From: Vampirovibrionaceae bacterium NZW_1234
GTDB lineage: Bacteria > Cyanobacteriota > Vampirovibrionia > Vampirovibrionales > JAGQHJ01
Direction: 5' to 3'
Length of the DNA: 64,000 nt
Assembly: GCA_041697335.1 (NCBI GenBank)
Contig: JBGUGD010000035.1
Location: forward strand, 32,001-96,000
This document shows positions 19,183 through 29,397 of the stretch, piece by piece. A program made the translations under genes and the position numbers. Below the pieces are notes generated by a model. That model made no database searches. It saw only the letters and a list, made by a program, of their open reading frames with translations, and was not told the DNA's origin. The stretch's first letter is position 1, and every line of letters starts with the position of its first letter.

Positions 19183-19620
19183 ATGATGCGATTTCGATCA
19201 GTGATGTTTCTCAGCGGTCTCTTGATGCTTGCGTTGCTTTTTGGCGCCAAGTGTCTGGTTGAGGCAGGCGTCAACTTTCGCCAGATTGGCCCCGGTGTTG
19301 GGGATACCCGGTGGTTGATGGTGGACGGCACTGACGCAGCCACGTATTATCTGGATATTACGGCGCTGCGCTTAAATGGGGCTCGCGTTCTCTATCGCTA
19401 CAAGGCGCTTTACCCTGATCAGCGTTTTACAATCTTTGAAGCCGCAACCGACTGCAGCCAGAAGCGCTTTTATTCCCCAAACCACCGAGCCGATTATGAC
19501 GCTCGGGGCCTGCAACTGAACGCTTCTTTACTGCATTTTGATGCCGCCGGGGCACCTGTCCAGCCCGGGACTCTGGAAGAATCCTTGTCTCAGGCCGCTT
19601 GTGGCCTGGTTGGGAAATAG
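19183..19620 (+). CDS. Exported protein, surface-adhesin-E-like
   Basis: Signal peptide; W...YYLD..S/A...DC...YD..G...V.PGT......AC pattern. Confidence 0.5.
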   Translation: MMRFRSVMFLSGLLMLALLFGAKCLVEAGVNFRQIGPGVGDTRWLMVDGTDAATYYLDITALRLNGARVLYRYKALYPDQRFTIFEAATDCSQKRFYSPNHRADYDARGLQLNASLLHFDAAGAPVQPGTLEESLSQAACGLVGK

Positions 19621-19882
19621 CCTTCTCCAGCGACTTTTGAATCAATGGATGCGGCTATTTGCATCGACAAGGGATATCGCAGGGAACAATGTTGCTGATT
19701 GTATGTTATTAGTAGGCATGGCGCATAGTAATCCGTATTGAAGACCCATCTCAAGGGGATTTCCAATATCAATTATTGTAAAAATAGCGGTATTGCCACA
19801 CACATTTCACATAAGTGGTGTTTTATTCAAGATGTCCCGGGACAAACGTTGGATCAGTGCCCCTGAATTGAGATAGGAGATA

Positions 19883-20104
19883 GTGATTATGTCGATAACG
19901 GCATTACGTTTCGCGGCCAATGGTGCCCCAAATTACGGTCAAGACAAGTCGAAACAGGTCAAAAAGCTTGTAAATACCCAAGCAAAAGCCCTGGAACCTC
20001 AAAAAACCCGTGAGGAACAGGTGGCTGAGCAAACTCAAATTAGCTTAAAGCGGGCCTGGATTGAGTCCGTTGGGCGCTTTAGAAATATGTTCAACCTGAA
20101 ATAA
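19883..20104 (+). CDS. Small hypothetical protein (LRFA motif)
   Basis: AGGAG RBS; strong hairpin downstream. Confidence 0.55.
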   Translation: MIMSITALRFAANGAPNYGQDKSKQVKKLVNTQAKALEPQKTREEQVAEQTQISLKRAWIESVGRFRNMFNLK

Positions 20105-20133
20105 GCCCGTCTCAAATCTCCCAGACAAAGAGA

Positions 20134-20168
20134 CACCGCCTCTTCCTGACTTCGGGGAAGAGGCGGTG
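20134..20168. terminator. Hairpin between convergent genes
   Basis: 13-bp perfect stem CACCGCCTCTTCC / GGAAGAGGCGGTG. Confidence 0.65.
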
Positions 20169-20195
20169 TGCTTTTCAAATCTGCTGGAGCCCTGC

Positions 20196-20630
20196 TTAAC
20201 GGGCTTTGACAATCTCGGCCCATTGCTTGGTTTTATCAAGGACGGCGTTGAGAAATTCCGGCCAACTGGCGCCATTGCGTTTGGATTCATCCCAGTTATA
20301 CAATTCGAGCTTGTCAAAGAGCCGGTATTTCTGGAGCTTGCCCTGGTCATCAGTGGCGGTAATGGCAACGGTGTCACAACCAAAGGCCCAATGTTTTTTT
20401 TGTCGGGCCTCCCGGTCGGAGAGACGTTGGAAGGACAAATGAACCGAGTCCGGAAGTTCCTGAGTAATACGCTGTTGAAAGTCTTTTTCCAGTACCTGGG
20501 TACGCTGAGAACTGACGTTAAGCCCATGGTGTTGTATAAAGGAACTGTGAATGCTGTGACTGCCTTTAAATCGAATCATTGGCGAATCTTTCTCTGATCC
20601 ATAAACGGTTCCACGAAGGAACCATACCAT
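20196..20630 (-). CDS. Hypothetical protein (IRFKG motif)
   Basis: ORF convergent on the hairpin; true start probably MIRFKG. Confidence 0.5.
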   Translation of the reverse strand: MVWFLRGTVYGSEKDSPMIRFKGSHSIHSSFIQHHGLNVSSQRTQVLEKDFQQRITQELPDSVHLSFQRLSDREARQKKHWAFGCDTVAITATDDQGKLQKYRLFDKLELYNWDESKRNGASWPEFLNAVLDKTKQWAEIVKAR

Positions 20631-20750
20631 ACGATGCGGGTCGGATTATCATACCCGCTAAGGCAATTTCTGTCACTGAGTATTTTGAAGTTCGCGACAA
20701 GAACGTAACGTTTTGTAAATCAAGCCCCCCTGAAACGCCATGTCTGTTGG

Positions 20751-21719
20751 TTGAGGATCGTTGTTGGCCTATCGCAAATCTACACATGTAGGACTTCGAG
20801 TAGGCCCATAAAAGGAAAAGATACTGTTATGAAGCTCACCCCCATACAATTTTCAACTCTCCCCTCTCGTCCAGCTCAATCACGTTTTGGCTCGGACGAG
20901 TCTCTCTCGCGGCGATTATCCAAGCCTACCGCTTTGACATCCCAAGCCAAGTTGGCCAAACCCTTGACCTTGGATGAGATTTTATCTCGTGAATCCCATG
21001 ACTTAAACACAGTCTTACCCAAACTCTTACCCGACTTGATTCCGACTCAGCGTGTTGCAATGACGGCCGTGGTAAATCAATTGATTGAAGGTAAAACCCT
21101 GGCGGCCAAGTTTGATCCCAAAACTTTGAAGCCGGGTCAGACACCCCCCAATCTGATGGCACCTGTCCTTCTCATGGGAGGACCTGGCAGTGGAAAGACC
21201 CATATGGTTCTGGCTTTGGCAAAAGCCCTGAATCGCCCTGTCTTCAACATGAGCTGTCGTGATGCCCGAGCAGGATACGATGATGCTCATTATCGCGGTT
21301 ATCCCTCCAATATAGGATTTGTGGATACTGGCATGTCCATTGCCCACCGTTTGACAAAGGCCAACGAAGCCGCTCAGGATTATGGTCAACCGCGTCCCTT
21401 GATTATCGTTGATGAGCCCGAGAAGCAATCTGCTGAGGCCCAAAATATTTTGGCCGATATGATTGTGTCCGGGAAATTACAAGCCCGAGATGGGCAGGTA
21501 GCGGATCTCAAAGGAGCCGATATCCTTTTGACCACGTGCTTCTGGGATGAAGCGATGAGCGACGATTATATGACTCACCACTTTACACCCAAACTGGCTA
21601 AGGCTCTTCAAAACGCAAACGTCTTCCTGAAAGGAGAAAGCCTACGCCCCCAGCATCGTGCCGCCGGTGATGACCGGACATGGCAACAAACCTTAGCCGA
21701 AATGAAAAAACAACCCTAA
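20751..21719 (+). CDS. Stand-alone AAA+ ATPase (Clp D2-like) with N-terminal QSRFG leader
   Basis: Walker A GGPGSGKT, Walker B IIVDE.EK, and G.L..RDG...DLK as in ClpA/B D2. Start probably 20829. Confidence 0.7.
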   Translation: MRIVVGLSQIYTCRTSSRPIKGKDTVMKLTPIQFSTLPSRPAQSRFGSDESLSRRLSKPTALTSQAKLAKPLTLDEILSRESHDLNTVLPKLLPDLIPTQRVAMTAVVNQLIEGKTLAAKFDPKTLKPGQTPPNLMAPVLLMGGPGSGKTHMVLALAKALNRPVFNMSCRDARAGYDDAHYRGYPSNIGFVDTGMSIAHRLTKANEAAQDYGQPRPLIIVDEPEKQSAEAQNILADMIVSGKLQARDGQVADLKGADILLTTCFWDEAMSDDYMTHHFTPKLAKALQNANVFLKGESLRPQHRAAGDDRTWQQTLAEMKKQP

Positions 21720-21995
21720 TTGACGGCTACCTGTAAAACAACACTCTTTTCCAATTTACAAAAGCTGGTCCATCATAGGAATCCCTGATCGAGATCCCTC
21801 AGACAATCTTTCATTGGCCCTGAAAGCGTACAGGCAAAAATATCTCTTATTAAACCTCGAAGAGACAATAGAGCCTATTTAGTCATCCTTTGCTCAAGTC
21901 AGATTGAACTCTTCTGGCTTAATTCAACTGCCTATTTCCTTAGGCCACGTTAGGATCTAAACGAAAATTGACCTTAAAAAAGAGAAATAATTTCT

Positions 21996-22601
21996 CTATT
22001 TCACATATTTTTGAAGATAGTCAGGCGTTGAATTCGTTCCGGTATTACTCAAACTAGTTGAAGAATTTACATCAAGTGGCTTTGATTCAACATTGCTTCT
22101 TTCAACGTTAATAAAATAATCACGATCAACTTTACCAGTGAAGGTTGCTCCAGAAGGAATAGTTGCATCGCTACCACGCTTTAGCAGAAACAAGGGAGAC
22201 ACTATTAAAGAGAGAGCAACAGTTGAGCCAACTTTATCTTTTCCATCTGAACTATTATTCCCTCTCAACCAAACACGAGTACCATCAGTCGCTTTGGTAC
22301 TCTCAAGGCTGAGACTAACCTGCCCTTTTTTACCCAAACGACCTCGTTCTTCACTTTGAGTAATTGTTGCATAGGCTGTCGTACCGGCTTTAATGAGAAT
22401 TGACTTGTTGTCATTGCCCAGTATGTCTTCAGCAACAATTAAGGATACTGTATCACCTTGCCGATTAGACGATGAAGAAACATTTTCAACAACTCTAAGT
22501 CGAACCGGCGTTCCTTCCTCAAGTTTAATTTGCTCAGCAATACTAACCAATGAAGAAAACACAAACGGTACTGTCAAAAGAGATAGAGCTAACTTTTTCA
22601 T
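21996..22601 (-). CDS. Exported beta-rich hypothetical protein
   Basis: Signal peptide MKKLAL...; EGTPVRLR...GRLGKKG...IPSG; lower GC than the flank. Confidence 0.65.
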   Translation of the reverse strand: MKKLALSLLTVPFVFSSLVSIAEQIKLEEGTPVRLRVVENVSSSSNRQGDTVSLIVAEDILGNDNKSILIKAGTTAYATITQSEERGRLGKKGQVSLSLESTKATDGTRVWLRGNNSSDGKDKVGSTVALSLIVSPLFLLKRGSDATIPSGATFTGKVDRDYFINVERSNVESKPLDVNSSTSLSNTGTNSTPDYLQKYVK

Positions 22602-22886
22602 ATTGTTCCAATCAGGTTATGGTATTAAGATTGCATATTTCAAAACCATACAATAATCATAAATAATAATCCAATACTCATCTTAAATAATAAGAAATGT
22701 AAATCCGAAGATTTATCTGCGCTTGTTTCAGCATTATATGCTCCTGCTCTTGCTGAAAGATAAATTCGCTTGACATTCAATAGACCACACAAGCCACAAA
22801 TGTAACATTTCATAACTAACATTGAAAAGCTGCAAAGAAAGGGCTATTTTGAAATAAGCTGTAAAATTACAAAAAGGCATCTATCC

Positions 22887-23171
22887 ATGAAAAGACATAA
22901 ATTCTTAGCTCCTTTTGCCCTTTCAATCGCAGCGCTGCTCGCAAGCGTATCCAACAATGATAAAGCACTTATAGCACATGCCTCGCCAACTATAATCCCC
23001 CAAACCGAGCAGAGTAACAATTTAATCACAACTGAAGATAACCGAATCTTACATGATTTTGTTCTAAAACGTGATGAAAATAACGTTTTAATGGCAGAAC
23101 ACTGGTCCCATAGCTCACATCGTTCCCACAGCTCACATTCCAGCCACCGTTCCCACTACTCAGGATACTAA
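22887..23171 (+). CDS. hxsA: His-Xaa-Ser repeat precursor peptide
   Basis: C-terminal HWS-HSS-HRS-HSS-HSS-HRS-HYS (7 HxS units) after a leader with a hydrophobic N-terminus. Confidence 0.92.
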   Translation: MKRHKFLAPFALSIAALLASVSNNDKALIAHASPTIIPQTEQSNNLITTEDNRILHDFVLKRDENNVLMAEHWSHSSHRSHSSHSSHRSHYSGY

Positions 23172-23173
23172 AA

Positions 23174-23506
23174 ATGTCTGATTCAAAACTTATTGACGAG
23201 GGCGTAAGCTCCGTCGATTTGCGTATATCCAATATAATCTACAATTTGGACACGATCAAAAAGACTGCCTATCGTTTTGCAGGAGAAGCTTCTTTCGATT
23301 TTAGGATCGATGGGAATGATGTTGTATGTAAAATAAACTTTTCTCAACCAAAGCAAAGTGATGAACTCAATAAGTTCCAAGAGTCTTTTAACTTAGAATT
23401 ATTGGACCAAGATTTACGGCATCAAGTTGCACTTGAAACTGCTTCTCTGCGAAATGCAATACTCGCTTATGCCTTCTCTAAAACAGGGTTGCAAGAAAGT
23501 GAGTAA
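23174..23506 (+). CDS. hxsD: His-Xaa-Ser system protein HxsD
   Basis: IY...IKKTAYRF...F..ELLDQDLR..V..ET..LRNAILAYAFS signature; lies between the precursor and the rSAM genes. Confidence 0.85.
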   Translation: MSDSKLIDEGVSSVDLRISNIIYNLDTIKKTAYRFAGEASFDFRIDGNDVVCKINFSQPKQSDELNKFQESFNLELLDQDLRHQVALETASLRNAILAYAFSKTGLQESE

Positions 23507-24959
23507 GTTCCAACCTCTAACAAACTTTGAAGCGTCTTTATCTTCAGGCTATCGCCTAATGCCCTTCAATTTTTCATCTTTGGATCATAAAGAATATGTA
23601 TTAACCAACCCCGCTGGTGAATATCTCATACTTGAGCGAGAAACTCTTCACTCATTCATTCGTCATGAACTGTCTCCATTGGCTTCAGCCTATGCAGAGT
23701 TGAAATCGAAGCATTTTCTTATTGATCAGGACTCTAATGTTGCCATAGACCTAATGGGCCTGAAGCTACGGACCAAAATGAATCGACTAGCTGATTTTAC
23801 AGGGCTCCATATTTTTGTAGTTACTCTTAGGTGTGAACATTCCTGCCCTTACTGCCAAGTTTCTCGTCAGAGTGACGATCGCCTGTCTTTTGATATGACA
23901 ACAGAAACAGCTGATAAAGCTTTAAGCCTTGTTTTTCGATCTCCTTCACCTGCCATTAAAATAGAATTCCAAGGCGGAGAATCACTACTTAATTTTGAAT
24001 TAATTCGCTATATTGTGGAACGTGCTGAAGAACTAAACCTAAAACACCAGCGAGTATTGGAGTTTGTTATTGCAACTAATCTTGCAGTGCTTAATGATAG
24101 CATTTTAAACTACTGTAAAGCACATAATATCCAAATATCGACATCACTAGATGGTCCTGAGGAACTACACAATAAAAATAGGCCTAGACCAGGTGGGGAT
24201 AGTCATGCAAAAGCTGTTGCAGGCATCTCTAGAGCCCGAGATGTACTCGGTCGAGATAAAATTAACGCTTTAATGACTACAACCCAAGCTAGTCTTTCCC
24301 AGGTTAAAGCCATCATTGATGAATACATTCGGCTAGGCTTTAATAGCATTTTTTTACGCCCTCTATCACCATATGGATTTGCTATCAAGACAAAACTTTA
24401 TAAAGCATATGATACTGATGAATGGCTAAATTTTTATTTTGAAGGCTTAGATTATATTTTAGAACTCAACAAAAATGGTTTTTTCTTTATTGAGCATTAT
24501 GCCTCAATTATCCTAAATAAAATGCTTACCCCTTTTGGTACTGGTTATGTCGATTTAATGAGCCCAGCTGGAATCGGCATAGGTGCATTAGTCTATAACT
24601 ATAATGGGGAAGTCTATGCCTCAGATGAAAGTCGTATGCTTGCTGAAATGGGAGATAAGCAATTTCTATTGGGTAATGTGCATGAAAATTCCTGGGAAGA
24701 ACTCATAACTTCAAATGCCCTATTAGACCCGCTTGAGCAGTCCTTTAGTGGTAGTGCCCCAATGTGCCATGAATGTGCGTTTGAGCCATATTGTGGTTCT
24801 GAACCAGTCTTTCATCATGCTACTCAAGGTGATTGGGTTGGCTTTAAGCCGACATCAGCATTTTGCAATCGTAATATGACAATTTTTCGCCATCTCATAC
24901 GTCTGATGCGGGACGATGATGAGGTTAAAAAGATATTCCTTAATTGGATACAGGTTTAA
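23499..24959 (+). CDS. hxsB: His-Xaa-Ser system radical SAM/SPASM maturase HxsB
   Basis: LHIFVVTLRCEHSCPYCQ, IEFQGGE, C-terminal CxxCxxxxYC; GTG start overlapping hxsD. Confidence 0.9.
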   Translation: MSKFQPLTNFEASLSSGYRLMPFNFSSLDHKEYVLTNPAGEYLILERETLHSFIRHELSPLASAYAELKSKHFLIDQDSNVAIDLMGLKLRTKMNRLADFTGLHIFVVTLRCEHSCPYCQVSRQSDDRLSFDMTTETADKALSLVFRSPSPAIKIEFQGGESLLNFELIRYIVERAEELNLKHQRVLEFVIATNLAVLNDSILNYCKAHNIQISTSLDGPEELHNKNRPRPGGDSHAKAVAGISRARDVLGRDKINALMTTTQASLSQVKAIIDEYIRLGFNSIFLRPLSPYGFAIKTKLYKAYDTDEWLNFYFEGLDYILELNKNGFFFIEHYASIILNKMLTPFGTGYVDLMSPAGIGIGALVYNYNGEVYASDESRMLAEMGDKQFLLGNVHENSWEELITSNALLDPLEQSFSGSAPMCHECAFEPYCGSEPVFHHATQGDWVGFKPTSAFCNRNMTIFRHLIRLMRDDDEVKKIFLNWIQV

Positions 24960-24962
24960 CTT

Positions 24963-26150
24963 ATGCTAACACTAGGAAGTTCTAATATACAATTCCATAA
25001 CTTTGGAAGTAATACAGACACGCTTATTATTCGTTTATCAGATGATATTAGACGTCCAAATGCTCTTCGTGAAAATGAAGCTTTTTTAATACATCCAGAA
25101 CAGATTATCCCTACTGGGTTCAAGCTCTACCTTCTATTAGACAAAGATAAGAGGCGTTTTAGTGACCTGCCTCCCAATACACCTTTGGTTATTTTACCGG
25201 GCGAATATAACTACTTAGGCTCTGGAGATATAGTTCGCCTCTCTCCTGAAAAAAATGCTATTCGTGTGCTATATCGACGAAAATCAAAACACAATAGCTT
25301 TCTAACAACTGAACGCTGTAATAATTATTGCCTAATGTGCTCTCAACCACCTCGTAACGTTGAGGATACGTGGATTGTTAATGAGATTCTACAAAGTATC
25401 CCTTTAATTAATGTTGACACAAAAGAGTTGGGTTTTACTGGAGGAGAGCCAACACTTTTAGGAGAAGATTTAATTCGAATTCTAAATATGTGTAAAAGCT
25501 GGCTTCCTCATACTGGAATACATATTCTTTCGAACGGACGAAATTTTGCCAATCCAGAATTTACAGAAAAGTATGCTGCAGTTAAGCACCCTGATCTTAT
25601 GGTTGGAATACCTCTCTATTCTGACTTATCGACTATTCATGATTATGTTGTTCAAGCTGATGGTGCTTACGATGAAACCATCAGAGGAATTCTTAATTTA
25701 AAACGCCTAGGACAAAAAGTAGAAATTCGTGTAGTTTTACATAAACAGACCTATAATCGTTTACCACAATTAGCAGAGTTCATTGTTCGGAACTTACTTT
25801 TTGTTGACCATATAGCTCTTATGGGCCTAGAAATGATGGGCTTTACCAAAGCTAATATTGACGATCTTTGGGTTGACCCCTATGACTACCAAAATGAACT
25901 CCAAAAAGCTGTTGAAATTCTGGTCGCATATAGAATGAATGTTTCTATTTATAACCTTCCACTATGTATATTAAAGCCCTCCCTTTGGCCTTATGCAAGA
26001 AAGTCTATTTCTGACTGGAAAAATGAATATATGCCAGAATGTAAGCCTTGCTCGCAAAAAGACAAATGTGGTGGTTTTTTTAGTTCTGCAACATTCAAAT
26101 ATAGTAGCAATATCAGGCCATTTCTTATTACTTCTCAGTTTGAGAACTAG
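24963..26150 (+). CDS. hxsC: His-Xaa-Ser system radical SAM maturase HxsC
   Basis: TERCNNYCLMCSQPP, TGGEPTL, SISDWKN..C..C....CGGFF. Confidence 0.9.
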   Translation: MLTLGSSNIQFHNFGSNTDTLIIRLSDDIRRPNALRENEAFLIHPEQIIPTGFKLYLLLDKDKRRFSDLPPNTPLVILPGEYNYLGSGDIVRLSPEKNAIRVLYRRKSKHNSFLTTERCNNYCLMCSQPPRNVEDTWIVNEILQSIPLINVDTKELGFTGGEPTLLGEDLIRILNMCKSWLPHTGIHILSNGRNFANPEFTEKYAAVKHPDLMVGIPLYSDLSTIHDYVVQADGAYDETIRGILNLKRLGQKVEIRVVLHKQTYNRLPQLAEFIVRNLLFVDHIALMGLEMMGFTKANIDDLWVDPYDYQNELQKAVEILVAYRMNVSIYNLPLCILKPSLWPYARKSISDWKNEYMPECKPCSQKDKCGGFFSSATFKYSSNIRPFLITSQFEN

Positions 26151-26606
26151 CAGTTCTAGAGCTGATCTGGGTCCAATTTGTGTAGCTTTTCATTGAAATG
26201 CTTTAAATTTAGTAATACTTTGTCAAATACTTCGAAATTTTGAACGTTTTAAATTGTTACGATTTGAAGCACTAGCATATACTTCAGTGTTATCTCTTAT
26301 TACATTCTGGGTTTGCACAGACACCAGCAGCGGCAACGGGATATTGCCTACAGTTCTGACTAGTCTTTGCCTTATTGGAACAATAAGGTGCCAAATTACA
26401 AACCCAAGCATAGCCTTGTTTTTTATTGGGATACTTCAAATAAAGCCTTCCAGAGCATTGAGTACAGGCGTAAAAGTTTTGTCGCTTGGGACCTATAGCA
26501 AGGGAATTAACCTCAGGAAATTGCTTGTTATCAGATAATTCCTCTAATAAACATCAAGTTGATATGCTACATTTAAATTTCCCAAAGAAAAGAAAATAGT
26601 AACACT

Positions 26607-27629
26607 ATGAGACTTCTTGTTGTTGGCGCTGGTGCCAGTATTGCTGAAGGGATTGAGGCACAAGTCCCAGAAAAATGGATGCCTCCTTCTATATCAACTT
26701 TTGCTGAGAGGTTATGGCAGGGAGGAACAGACTCCTATCCATATTTAGTGGAGTATTACCTGCAGGCTCAGGGTATAGAGCCAGGGCCGGATCCTTTGCA
26801 TACTTTCATTAGGCATAGCAATGAAAACCCAACTCAAATAAATGTTGAAAAATATCTTGAATTTATTTGGGATATAGCTCCATATTTCTCAGAGTTAAGG
26901 AAGACAGTATTAGAAGTACAACCTGACTCATATGTTGGATGGATGGAAGATTGGAGAGATTTATGGGAGCAGGTTTTAACTCATCTAGTTAGATTACCCT
27001 TAGAATTTTTGATATTAAACGCATTTATTATTCCTGGGTATCTTCGGCCTGACGCTGATATTCCGGTATCTTCGGCAGTAGCGAATATACTTAAGCCTGG
27101 AGATGTGGTTCTTAGTTTGAACTACGATACATTATTTGACATAGCCATTAGTAGGCAGAGTGTTCCCATGCGATACTCACCGTATCCTAGAGAAGGCTCT
27201 GAAATTTATGTGGTGAAGCCTCATGGCTCTTTAAACATGGGAATAAACACAACGAATAATGGTATTGGATATGCTTTACCCTCATATATTTTTAATGGAA
27301 GTGCATTAGCTCCAGGTGATATTGACTTAAGTACAGGTATTGTCCCTCCCAGGTTCAATAAAGACTACTCTCAGCATCCTATAGCGGAATTGCTACTCAG
27401 CCGAATCTTGTATTTTTCTCCAACGATAGTATCTTTCTGGGGAGTAGGCATTACAAGTAGTGATGAGGATCTTCTTGAGCTTTATAAGCGTTATTGTATG
27501 TTTGCTGAGAGGGTAGAGTTTATAAACCCTGACCAGCATTTATTTGAAACAGCAAAGTCTGTTCTAGGAGTTGATTTGGACAGGTTTAATACACATGTGG
27601 AATGGTTAGCCCACGTAAACAATTCCTAG
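26607..27629 (+). CDS. SIR2-like (SIR2_2) NAD-binding protein, putative defence effector
   Basis: LLVVGAGAS, SLNYD, KPHGSLN and WG.G....D motifs. Confidence 0.75.
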   Translation: MRLLVVGAGASIAEGIEAQVPEKWMPPSISTFAERLWQGGTDSYPYLVEYYLQAQGIEPGPDPLHTFIRHSNENPTQINVEKYLEFIWDIAPYFSELRKTVLEVQPDSYVGWMEDWRDLWEQVLTHLVRLPLEFLILNAFIIPGYLRPDADIPVSSAVANILKPGDVVLSLNYDTLFDIAISRQSVPMRYSPYPREGSEIYVVKPHGSLNMGINTTNNGIGYALPSYIFNGSALAPGDIDLSTGIVPPRFNKDYSQHPIAELLLSRILYFSPTIVSFWGVGITSSDEDLLELYKRYCMFAERVEFINPDQHLFETAKSVLGVDLDRFNTHVEWLAHVNNS

Positions 27630-27943
27630 GTACGCCTCCCTATACCAAAAAATGGGTATAGGGCCAAATAAAAAGGATACCTATCGTGGAAACACAACCT
27701 TAAAATATAAAAAGACCCCTTGCCATCACTGCCCTTCTTGTCCCCGCTAGTTAAGGTCGGGGTTCTCTGGAGGTGCTGCCTCTGGCTTTATCATGTTGAG
27801 AATGCATGTTTTTATATCAACCCCACCCTGGCCTTAAATTCATCAGAAGACTCTCTCATGGTTTAGGCGGGTCTATGGCCTTGCTAGGGGGTTTAAAATC
27901 TATCTTAGAAGTGATGTAACTTCTGTGTTTCATCTGAGGCTTT

Positions 27944-28471
27944 TCAAATAGAACCTTCAAATCCCGAAGCAGCAGTCAGTACTTTGAGTACTAAGGTTTT
28001 CAACCCATTTAACTCATTTTCGAAACCACAAAATGTCCTACCATGTGTAATGTCGCTTCTTTTGGTGTAGTAACGCTTCGCATTTCTACCCAATTGACGA
28101 GCTTGAGGTGACTCATCATATCCAGTGAGACGAAAGTATTCGAATGCGAGCTGTAAGCTGGGATTATTCGCAATTTGTTGGATGTGATGTTGATCTAAGA
28201 GTTGACTTATCGATTCACAAATGAGAACAGCTTGATTGGTTATCACAGTCGCACTTGCCGAAAAACTGAGATTAGGTGTTAGCCCTTCCATAATTTTTGT
28301 TTCAAATTTAAACGGCCTGCTCAGGGCTGAAACCTCAAGCTTCGCATCTGCTAAATTATTGTATAACTGAGCTAAAAGCATTTTAAACTCAATTTCCTTA
28401 GAGAGGGAGGCGATACCTTTTAATTGGTCAGCAATTTTTAAAGCGTTGTCAAGAATACTTAAAGGGTTCAT
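27944..28471 (-). CDS. HEPN-motif (RxxxxH) protein, possibly internally deleted
   Basis: C-terminal YYTKRSDITHG followed by a helix; the N-terminal part looks unrelated. Confidence 0.45.
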   Translation of the reverse strand: MNPLSILDNALKIADQLKGIASLSKEIEFKMLLAQLYNNLADAKLEVSALSRPFKFETKIMEGLTPNLSFSASATVITNQAVLICESISQLLDQHHIQQIANNPSLQLAFEYFRLTGYDESPQARQLGRNAKRYYTKRSDITHGRTFCGFENELNGLKTLVLKVLTAASGFEGSI

Positions 28472-28552
28472 ATTCTCTCCTTCCCAGTCTTAATTATGGG
28501 ATTTCCGATATTCTTTCACCATCTCCGGCGTCCCGATTTTAGCCGCTAGACA

Positions 28553-29329
28553 TTAGTGTGAGCTTATGAGCAGTTGTACACGTTCAAAATATTCGTTTCT
28601 GGTGAGCCTAACTCTGTAAATTGGGGTTCCTCGCTTAACAACACCGTCATGCCACTTGTTAACGTAGGCAATTAGATCTTTTTCATTCAAGATCTGAGCC
28701 ACAACTTTTTGATGCAACTCTAACGGCATTGGGGTGTCTATACCATTCAAAGCTCTATACACACTAACTGAATACTTTATAGATGCCATAACAGCCCTAC
28801 ATGTGCCCTTATCCCAATTTATACCCAGCCTGGAAGCTGCATGCTCCCAATCCTCCATAACAGTTCCCGCAACTTGAGCTTCAAAAGTTTCAGCCGATGT
28901 TTCAGATTTTGCGGTAACAGTATCCAAAGGTTGAGGTAAGGCAGGTAAAACTGTCGAGGATTCATGTCCTACAAGCTTGCTGGCTGAATGACTCTTGCTA
29001 GAAATTAACGAATTGACAAAAAAGCCCAGCCCGAAGATCACTCCACAAATCAGAACCAATGGCCACAATATCGGTATCAAGAGCAACCCAATGATAATCA
29101 GGAAACCAAGTACACTGGTGGATTTTGCACCCTTCTTTGATTTACCTACCTTGAAAACGTCGAATGTCGTCCGCTTGTAGGCTCGGTTATAAGCAGCTTT
29201 CTTGGGATTTGTTAACCATCCATAGCCCTTAGGTGCTTTTAAACCTAGGCTGTGACGTACCATACGTCTAACACTCGTTTTTGCAGCAAGTCGTTTTTTA
29301 AACGATGGTTTTCGTGGCCCGAACTTCAT
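28553..29329 (-). CDS. Phage-type membrane protein
   Basis: N-terminal KFG.RKPS.KK..AA.TS...KG.GW...PKKA.YN motif seen in phage hypothetical proteins, followed by a TM segment. Confidence 0.6.
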   Translation of the reverse strand: MKFGPRKPSFKKRLAAKTSVRRMVRHSLGLKAPKGYGWLTNPKKAAYNRAYKRTTFDVFKVGKSKKGAKSTSVLGFLIIIGLLLIPILWPLVLICGVIFGLGFFVNSLISSKSHSASKLVGHESSTVLPALPQPLDTVTAKSETSAETFEAQVAGTVMEDWEHAASRLGINWDKGTCRAVMASIKYSVSVYRALNGIDTPMPLELHQKVVAQILNEKDLIAYVNKWHDGVVKRGTPIYRVRLTRNEYFERVQLLISSH

Positions 29330-29362
29330 TACTTCCATCCCCTTAGGTTTCAATATCCGCCC

Positions 29363-29397
29363 CATGATATCACCAAAGTCGCTTTTTGCTTCAAAAG
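29363..29397 (-). repeat. 35-bp direct repeat / promoter cassette (copy 1)
   Basis: CATGATATCACCAAAGTCGCTTTTTGCTTCAAAAG; 33/35 identical to 34368-34402. Confidence 0.8.

Noticed and set aside
19795..19830. Further copy of the bipartite upstream motif
   Set aside because: CACA and TTTAT elements are present but the spacing is off by one and the match is weak.
23099..23165. 9-bp periodic DNA repeat as a non-coding repeat element
   Set aside because: Explained by the HxS coding repeat of hxsA.
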